Below are positions 6,586-11,878 of a stretch of 13,412 bases of DNA, in pieces. A program made the position numbers and the translations under genes. The notes below the pieces were generated by a model, which searched no databases, was not told the DNA's origin, and saw only the letters and a program-made list of their open reading frames with translations. Within the stretch, counting starts at the first letter, position 1; each line of letters opens with the position of its first letter. Source of the stretch: a virus; IMG/VR virus record IMGVR_UViG_3300045988_043886, positions 1 through 13,412 of that record. The stretch is one strand, 5' to 3'.

Positions 6586-7643
6586 GCCCCGCAATACTCT
6601 CTGAAAAAGATTTCATCCGAGTACCGCTCAAATTCTATCTGACGTTGCAGGTAGGCGGGCCAGATATAGCCATATGCAGCCCTAAACCGTTTCCTTTCAA
6701 ATTCACCGGTACCGTACATTGGCATATTTCCGGACCGGTGCCGACACACATAGTACAGGGGTTTGCTCTTGTGCTCATAGATGCAGCACCTTCCGATCTG
6801 CACCAGAGGGTAATACTCCCTCAATGGCCGGGACACCACAAGGCTTTTCTCTTCGGCTGAATACTGATTTTCAACAGCTGACCTGTAAAAGTCGGTGCCA
6901 CTCATGGACCGATACAGCGCGGTGCTCGCTTTCTCTTTTGCTATAGGGCTGTCTACCAAATCAATAAGCAAAATACCTTTGTCGGCCAGCAGCTTGACAC
7001 GCTCTTTCTTGCCGATCATCTTCTCGACGGTATCGGTAATCTCCCATTGCATGTAGTAGGGGTTTGCCATGCCGACGGCATTTGACATACAAAGCAGGGT
7101 CAAGGGCTTTTTACCTTGTAATTCCCGGTTACGGTTAACCGTTTCATAAATATTCGCCAGGCCCACGCCCTCACCGCGTCGGTAGTAGTCTGATTCCTCT
7201 TTCTGGTATTCATCCAAGATAATGATATTGGTATGAGGACTTGAGAAACCACGGGTGCGGGCCAGGGTGACAACACTTCCCACAACTCCGGCCATTTTGG
7301 CCGGTTTGATGGGGCTGCCGGTGTCAGTGTACGCCCCAGCATTGCCCACTTCATACAGCCCCGCGATTTTGGGAAGTTTGAACGGTGCGTAGTGTGTCTG
7401 TAAATCGTCGTTCAATGGGGACCACGGCCACATACTGGGCGACGCACAAATAAGTTCCGCCTGCTGAGGGGTGCGGCGTAAATACAAAAATTCTTCCCCG
7501 GTCTGGTGTACGTGTTTGAGTGCTCCATATGTTTTACCTGTGCCACGTCCACCCCAGATAAAAATAATGGGGGCCCCGGTGGAAAGAATACCATCATCCT
7601 CCGAGAAATTCGGCCATCCGTCGTTTGTGTAAAGTTTAATCAA
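6582..7643 (-). CDS. DNA encapsidation (packaging) ATPase, phi29 gp16-like (353 aa)
   Basis: Walker A WGGRGTGKTY and Walker B NIIILDEY. LLCMSNAVGMANPYY resembles remembered gp16 ICLSNAVSVVNPYF. The preferred start is TTG at 7641-7643, with GGAGGTGG 6 nt upstream and placed just after the pol stop. The 422-aa track ORF would overlap pol by about 200 nt. Confidence 0.85.
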   Translation of the reverse strand: MIKLYTNDGWPNFSEDDGILSTGAPIIFIWGGRGTGKTYGALKHVHQTGEEFLYLRRTPQQAELICASPSMWPWSPLNDDLQTHYAPFKLPKIAGLYEVGNAGAYTDTGSPIKPAKMAGVVGSVVTLARTRGFSSPHTNIIILDEYQKEESDYYRRGEGVGLANIYETVNRNRELQGKKPLTLLCMSNAVGMANPYYMQWEITDTVEKMIGKKERVKLLADKGILLIDLVDSPIAKEKASTALYRSMSGTDFYRSAVENQYSAEEKSLVVSRPLREYYPLVQIGRCCIYEHKSKPLYYVCRHRSGNMPMYGTGEFERKRFRAAYGYIWPAYLQRQIEFERYSDEIFFREYCGA

Positions 7644-7644
7644 G

Positions 7645-9735
7645 TCAGACCACCTCCATGATCTTATACCCGAGTATCTTTGCATACTCGTCGGTGATGC
7701 CAAGTGTGTATGTGTTATCACAGATACACAAATTGCGGGTGATGTGGACTGTGTGCCCGTCCACCGCAAAGTCGGGGACCTTTGGCCGGTCATTATAGAC
7801 CACCTGGTTACCGGCCGCCAAACAGAAAGTAAAGCCGGGCTTGAATGCATCGAAACCGCCCCATAAAGCCAGCTCCAGACCGCCTTTGCGCTTGCTCACA
7901 CCTGCAATGGTGGTCGTGATGGGACCGCCTTTGGTGTAGGTTGTTGCGTACTTTTTGGCACCCCACGTCATAAACTCCGAATAGCTGTGTTCCTGCTCAT
8001 ACACGCCCATGTAATGTACATTGCCTTTCGGGTCGGTAGCGCAAGCGCCGTTATCTTTGGCAAGCTGTTTCACGGCCCTGTTAAAATCGGACAAATCAAT
8101 CTTACCCAAATATTTCACACTATCGGTATCACAGTACACACCGTTTTTACCGGCTGCCCATTGCGCAATTTTAAGGCGTTTCCGGGTGTGGGCCGTTGTC
8201 CATACGCCCCATTGGTAGGGGAGAAAAAGGTGCGGGTAATGGTCGTTATAGCTGCCCTCCGGGTCGTCGGTGCATTCGCTCCACAGGCTGTCGGGGTTGT
8301 CCTCGTCGAAAAGAGTATCCAGTTGCAACGGGTCTTGCGCGGTCATACCGTAGTAGCTATTCAAGTCACCTTTTGATTTTACATAGTAGAGCTCCTGACC
8401 TGGTATGCCTTTGAGGGACGTTTTACCGGTATAGCTTTCTTTTACACAGTCAGTCAGCGGCTTTGGAAGTTTGCCATAGTCGGATGTGTAAAGGTCCACC
8501 ACGTTGAGGGCGTCCCAGTCATACTCCTTTGCGATAATGCGAAAGTCTATATCCGTTATGGTGATTTCAAAATGATCTGCCGATAACAACCGCCCATTGT
8601 CGTTAATATACCCCTCACAGTGCCGGACCTTTGCAAGGGGAATATACGGAAAACCCCACCACTTGTACCGCTGTCGTAGTCCCTTTACCTGTAAGCGCAT
8701 AAGACAGGCTTTTCCGTGCCACATACATTGCATGAGACGTTGCACGGTGGCCGGTTCCTGCCGGAATGGGGTCATAGGGAAGTAACATTCGCACTGCGTA
8801 GCAGGGTAGGCGCTTGACATGTCCACCGATCCTACATTTTCCAGGTGCAGCCCCACATAGTAGCGGTTTGCGTGGGTGTCTCCGCCCCGGAAAGCCTCCC
8901 GCAGCATCTGGTAAAGGTCCCACGACGGCAAAAGCCGCTTCACCCTTTCGATGCCCCATTTGTACATTGCTCTACGGGCCATGCGCCGGACGTATCCGGT
9001 GCGGGTCAATGGTAAAGTATAAAGGTCGTCCCCGTCGCGCTGCATTTCGATCAAAAGGCATTCCACTATACACCGAACGTCATTTATACAGTACGCCAGT
9101 TCAGTATCAGATAGTGGGGTCCAGGGATACCGCACTTTTGAATAGTCTAGTGCGCCGGTCAGCTTTGCATGAGGGGCACCAAGCTGTTTACCCCATGCGT
9201 CCAGTGACAAGCCACTGTGTCTCATACTGCACCGGTATTCTATGGAGCGGTTGTCGCATTTCAACACCCTGCGGGGTTTACTTGCGAACACATCGCGGGG
9301 CCAAAAATCCAGGACGCCCGAAAGATACTGAAATTCATGCGCCAGGTTGTGCACGTACATACACAGATACCAGTCACCTTGTGGGCCGCTATTGGCCTGC
9401 AAATATTCGCTGATCTGACCGGTGAACTGTACCCATTCATCCCATGTGCGGCCTATGATGGTGATATCAAGACCAAGCTGGCATTGCCATATATACATTA
9501 TGGTGTGCGGGTTACCGTCTGCATCAACACACACCCGGCTTGTCTCAATGTCAAATGCGCAAGGCATATTTATATACAGCCGTTTTTTATTGGTTTTGCG
9601 CTTCCTCCCTTTGGTGTGTTTGCGGTCCAGGTGCTCCATAATCCAAGGGACAGGGTTATAGTTACAGACCTCCACCAAAACCTCCGCGCAAGTCGGCGGA
9701 GCTGCTGCCGTCGCTGTAGTCCCAGTCTTTGCCAT
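7645..9735 (-). CDS. Family B DNA polymerase, protein-primed (phi29 gp2-like) type (696 aa)
   Basis: ExoI FDIETS; ExoII YVHNLAHEFQYL; ExoIII YCINDV; motif A DMSSAYP; motif B KGDLNSYYG; motif C YCDTDS; KxY GAKKYA. The start at 9735 has GGGAG upstream but overlaps the preceding ORF by 74 nt. The alternative ATG at 9639 has no visible SD. Confidence 0.9.
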   Translation of the reverse strand: MAKTGTTATAAAPPTCAEVLVEVCNYNPVPWIMEHLDRKHTKGRKRKTNKKRLYINMPCAFDIETSRVCVDADGNPHTIMYIWQCQLGLDITIIGRTWDEWVQFTGQISEYLQANSGPQGDWYLCMYVHNLAHEFQYLSGVLDFWPRDVFASKPRRVLKCDNRSIEYRCSMRHSGLSLDAWGKQLGAPHAKLTGALDYSKVRYPWTPLSDTELAYCINDVRCIVECLLIEMQRDGDDLYTLPLTRTGYVRRMARRAMYKWGIERVKRLLPSWDLYQMLREAFRGGDTHANRYYVGLHLENVGSVDMSSAYPATQCECYFPMTPFRQEPATVQRLMQCMWHGKACLMRLQVKGLRQRYKWWGFPYIPLAKVRHCEGYINDNGRLLSADHFEITITDIDFRIIAKEYDWDALNVVDLYTSDYGKLPKPLTDCVKESYTGKTSLKGIPGQELYYVKSKGDLNSYYGMTAQDPLQLDTLFDEDNPDSLWSECTDDPEGSYNDHYPHLFLPYQWGVWTTAHTRKRLKIAQWAAGKNGVYCDTDSVKYLGKIDLSDFNRAVKQLAKDNGACATDPKGNVHYMGVYEQEHSYSEFMTWGAKKYATTYTKGGPITTTIAGVSKRKGGLELALWGGFDAFKPGFTFCLAAGNQVVYNDRPKVPDFAVDGHTVHITRNLCICDNTYTLGITDEYAKILGYKIMEVV

Positions 9736-10261
9736 AGATTACATCTCCCTGTTGCCATTCTGCAAAATCGTCAATACTGACATTATAGCCGCCCTTTTCA
9801 CGCCAGTACATTACCGGCTGGTCAGACGGATAGTAGTACACGCCGGACGCCTTGACGATCTCCCACCACTCCGACAATGCCGTGTACTGATCTTCGGGCA
9901 CGTCGTCCGCATCAATGCCGCCCGCGCCAAGTTTGGCCTTGAAAGACTCGCGGGCACCACCCACGGTTGATTCTTTGGTGCGGACGAACCGCGCCACATC
10001 TGCCAGGGCTTGCTCCCGCGCTTTCCGGTCCCCGCGCATCGCCTTTATGGTCGGGAAACCCGCAGCAAATTCTTTATAGACATCACTGGTCCCGCTGATA
10101 GGGTCCTGGGATAGACGTTTCAAACGCTTTTGGGCAATATCGCGCAAGCGCGTATATTCCTTGCGCATCTGACTATCCGGCCAGGATTCCAAGGCATAGG
10201 GGGTGTATAGTTCCGGGCTGTATTTGAGGGTTGCCCGTGCTTTAGCTGCACCTGTTGCCAT
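9662..10261 (-). CDS. Candidate terminal protein (199 aa)
   Basis: Lies immediately upstream of, and overlapping, the pPolB gene, as gene 3 does in phi29. The basic helical N-terminus (MRKEYTRLRDIAQKRLKRL) loosely recalls phi29 TP (KAEYARLVKNTKAKIARTKKK). The C-terminal half is rich in Tyr/Ser. The assignment is by position only. Confidence 0.4.
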   Translation of the reverse strand: MATGAAKARATLKYSPELYTPYALESWPDSQMRKEYTRLRDIAQKRLKRLSQDPISGTSDVYKEFAAGFPTIKAMRGDRKAREQALADVARFVRTKESTVGGARESFKAKLGAGGIDADDVPEDQYTALSEWWEIVKASGVYYYPSDQPVMYWREKGGYNVSIDDFAEWQQGDVIYGKDWDYSDGSSSADLRGGFGGGL

Positions 10262-10472
10262 GCTTTGCGCGCTCCTTTCTTTCCATGATCATATGATACC
10301 AGTCAAGGGGGTTTGCATCAATGCCCAGGCCATCAAATACAGTTTTGGCCCAGGCTGACCGGAAAAAAGCTACATCCTTTGCAACGACGCCACTATACAC
10401 AATAGCGGTGGCAAGATACAACATTGGGTCATCGCATTCGATCAAGGTGGACTTGTTGCAGTTCTGTTTCAA
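10242..10472 (-). CDS. Hypothetical protein (76 aa)
   Basis: The track start (10481) is the GTG inside AGGAGGTG. The TTG at 10470-10472, 8 nt after the GGAGG core, is preferred. It overlaps the next ORF by 20 nt. No motif recognised. Confidence 0.45.
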   Translation of the reverse strand: MKQNCNKSTLIECDDPMLYLATAIVYSGVVAKDVAFFRSAWAKTVFDGLGIDANPLDWYHMIMERKERAKHGNRCS

Positions 10473-10495
10473 GTGGTTCACCTCCTATAAAATAA

Positions 10496-10514
10496 GGGCG
10501 GCCAGAGGCCGCCC
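10496..10514 (-). terminator. Rho-independent terminator after the early small-gene block
   Basis: Minus-strand GGGCGGCC-UCU-GGCCGCCC followed by UUAUUUUAU, 48 nt downstream of the 103-aa ORF stop. The next RBS follows immediately. Confidence 0.7.
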
Positions 10515-10561
10515 GCCATCAAAACGGTAAATCGTCTTCATCGGAGCAGGGGACAAATTCC

Positions 10562-10873
10562 TCACTCGTCGCCCGCGTCGTCTTCGTCGTCTTCATCGCT
10601 CTGGCCGGAAATGACCAGTTCCGGATAACCCTTGTCGTTTTCCTCGACGGTCAAAACAACGTTGCGCAGGGTGATCTTGCGCATCCAGTCGGACAGAGTA
10701 TCTTCATCCGTGATCTTGACACTGACCGACGGGGAGTCATATTTTCCGCTTTTCAGCCACATTGCGCCGTCTTCAATTTCGACTACATCCTCCAGGTCGG
10801 GCAAGTTGATGTAGTTGATTGTCCGCTTATCGGACTTCTTCTTATTGGACTTCTTGTTGTTACGTTTCATCAT
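10562..10873 (-). CDS. Small protein with a basic N-terminus and a strongly acidic C-terminal tail (103 aa); candidate DNA-binding protein (p6/SSB-like role)
   Basis: The N-terminus MMKRNNKKSNKKKSDKR contrasts with the C-terminus SGQSDEDDEDDAGDE. The ATG at 10873 (weak AAGGA upstream) is preferred, because the 170-aa track ORF overlaps the upstream gene. The functional call is inference from charge layout and its position ahead of the replication genes. Confidence 0.5.
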   Translation of the reverse strand: MMKRNNKKSNKKKSDKRTINYINLPDLEDVVEIEDGAMWLKSGKYDSPSVSVKITDEDTLSDWMRKITLRNVVLTVEENDKGYPELVISGQSDEDDEDDAGDE

Positions 10874-10905
10874 GGTAATATTTCCTTTCTGCCCTGTCTC
10901 ATCAG

Positions 10906-10944
10906 TACCGGGCGGGCGGTCCCGGTAGACGGCCCAGAGGCCGT
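10906..10944 (-). promoter_or_regulatory. Two adjacent GC-rich hairpins without U-tracts in the intergenic region at the edge of the AT-rich island
   Basis: ACGGCC-UCUG-GGCCGU (10929-10944) and UACCGGG-ACCGCCCG-CCCGGUA (10906-10927), separated by 1 nt. Neither is followed by a U-run. Confidence 0.5.
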
Positions 10945-10949
10945 TTCGA

Positions 10950-11207
10950 CTATTTAGCCATATTCTCAACAATATTTGACATACGTTTGCAAGTAGCCGC
11001 CAATTTAAGATAGATATAGCGGACTTCATCATTATCGGCAAAATTGGCCATTGATAAATAATTGCAATGCTCAACAGTCAGACGATTGATAACATCGCGC
11101 AAAGCTGCATTGTATGCACTAATTTCGGAATCCCTAGAATCCTCATATTCGCACCAGGTCATTTTTCCATCCGGGTGCAGTTCAATGATAAATTTACGCA
11201 TTTCCAT
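10950..11207 (-). CDS. Hypothetical early protein, paralog A (85 aa)
   Basis: The N-terminus MEMRKFIIELHPDGKMTWCEYED matches paralog B. ATG at 11207 follows AGAAAGTGAGGT. The region is AT-rich. Confidence 0.6.
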   Translation of the reverse strand: MEMRKFIIELHPDGKMTWCEYEDSRDSEISAYNAALRDVINRLTVEHCNYLSMANFADNDEVRYIYLKLAATCKRMSNIVENMAK

Positions 11208-11225
11208 CACTCTTTACCTCACTTT

Positions 11226-11351
11226 CTAGATTGAATATCTGTCCAGACCTACATATTCTTTTGCTTCAGTCTCACTCTCCGCAGTCACAATAATTTTCAA
11301 GCAGTTCATACCATCATCAATATAAACATCATATACACTTAAACTTTTCAT
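11226..11351 (-). CDS. Small hypothetical ORF (41 aa), below the ORF-track cutoff
   Basis: Hand translation gives MKSLSVYDVYIDDGMNCLKIIVTAESETEAKEYVGLDRYSI. AAAGGA lies 10 nt upstream. The ORF fills the gap between the two paralogs. Confidence 0.35.
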   Translation of the reverse strand: MKSLSVYDVYIDDGMNCLKIIVTAESETEAKEYVGLDRYSI

Positions 11352-11381
11352 TATCAGCCAGTCCTTTCATGTTTCGACTAT

Positions 11382-11654
11382 TCAAAGTATGGATTGACGT
11401 ATTCTTTCAAGTATGTACTCGTATGAGCCTGCTCTAGTCAACCATGCGTCTTGCCACACCGGCCCATACTCTTCAAGCCTTGCATTGTGTTTTGCTCGTT
11501 TGATTTCACAACTTAACATCTTTTCAATGCGGGTTCTGGTGTCTTTGCATCCCGCTTGATAGTTCGCCAGTGATTGATCTTCTGGGGGTATGTATTCAAC
11601 TACTGAAATGGATCCGTCCTCATGGACAGTGACAATGAATTTACGGATTTCCAT
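11382..11654 (-). CDS. Hypothetical early protein, paralog B (90 aa)
   Basis: The N-terminus MEIRKFIVTVHEDGSISVVEY matches paralog A. ATG at 11654 follows AGAAAGTGAGGT. The track start at 11672 is the GTG inside that SD-like motif. Confidence 0.6.
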   Translation of the reverse strand: MEIRKFIVTVHEDGSISVVEYIPPEDQSLANYQAGCKDTRTRIEKMLSCEIKRAKHNARLEEYGPVWQDAWLTRAGSYEYILERIRQSIL

Positions 11655-11717
11655 GATGATGTTAAACCTCACTTTCTTATTGAATAATGGAATCGGATTT
11701 ACTCATGTAGTACCGGA

Positions 11718-11807
11718 CTATTTTCCGGTATCCTCTTCAATGGTAACATTGAGACCACAAATACGTTTGATCATTTTTGTCAACCAGCCTTTCTTTGTTT
11801 CTTTCAT
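11718..11807 (-). CDS. Possible leaderless micro-ORF (29 aa)
   Basis: The ATG at 11805-11807 is only 7 nt downstream of a TGgTATAAT box, with no SD. Translation: MKETKKGWLTKMIKRICGLNVTIEEDTGK. Its stop sits in the loop of a 7-bp hairpin (11711..11730). It may not be translated. Confidence 0.2.
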   Translation of the reverse strand: MKETKKGWLTKMIKRICGLNVTIEEDTGK

Positions 11808-11814
11808 TGTCTAT

Positions 11815-11837
11815 ATTATACCACTTTCAATATTATA
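11815..11837 (-). promoter_or_regulatory. Candidate early promoter(s): two TATAAT boxes, the proximal one with an extended -10 (TGgTATAAT)
   Basis: Minus-strand TATAAT at 11832-11837 and at 11815-11820, the latter preceded by TGG. These lie in the only sizeable AT-rich intergenic region, upstream of the early gene block. The -35 elements are weak (CTAACA at an 18-nt spacing). Confidence 0.4.
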
Positions 11838-11878
11838 GTGTTAGCAATAATGTTACATGATTATGTATAATTGTTTCT

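Noticed and set aside
205-6642. Long plus-strand ORFs (205..1161, 1307..2524, 2599..2970, 4571..5329, 5974..6642 and others)
   Set aside because: They lie entirely antisense to motif-supported minus-strand genes and lack SD sites. Their translations are low-complexity and Arg/Gly-rich, as expected for shadow frames in GC-rich DNA.
7644-7850. Upstream 69 codons of the ATPase ORF (422-aa version)
   Set aside because: This would overlap the polymerase C-terminus by about 200 nt and has no SD. A GGAGGTGG-TTG start lies just after the pol stop and gives a gp16-like length of 353 aa.
10883-10905. Hammerhead-ribozyme-like core (CUGAUGAG ... GAAA) on the minus strand
   Set aside because: The 8 nt between the two boxes (ACAGGGCA) cannot form stem II, and no NUH cleavage site with flanking stems is evident. 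This looks like a chance match.
10874-11074. N-terminal extension of the 170-aa ORF
   Set aside because: It overlaps paralog A in another frame and crosses the twin-hairpin intergenic region. The hydrophobic or odd translation has no SD, and the internal MMKRNNKK start has a ribosome-binding site.
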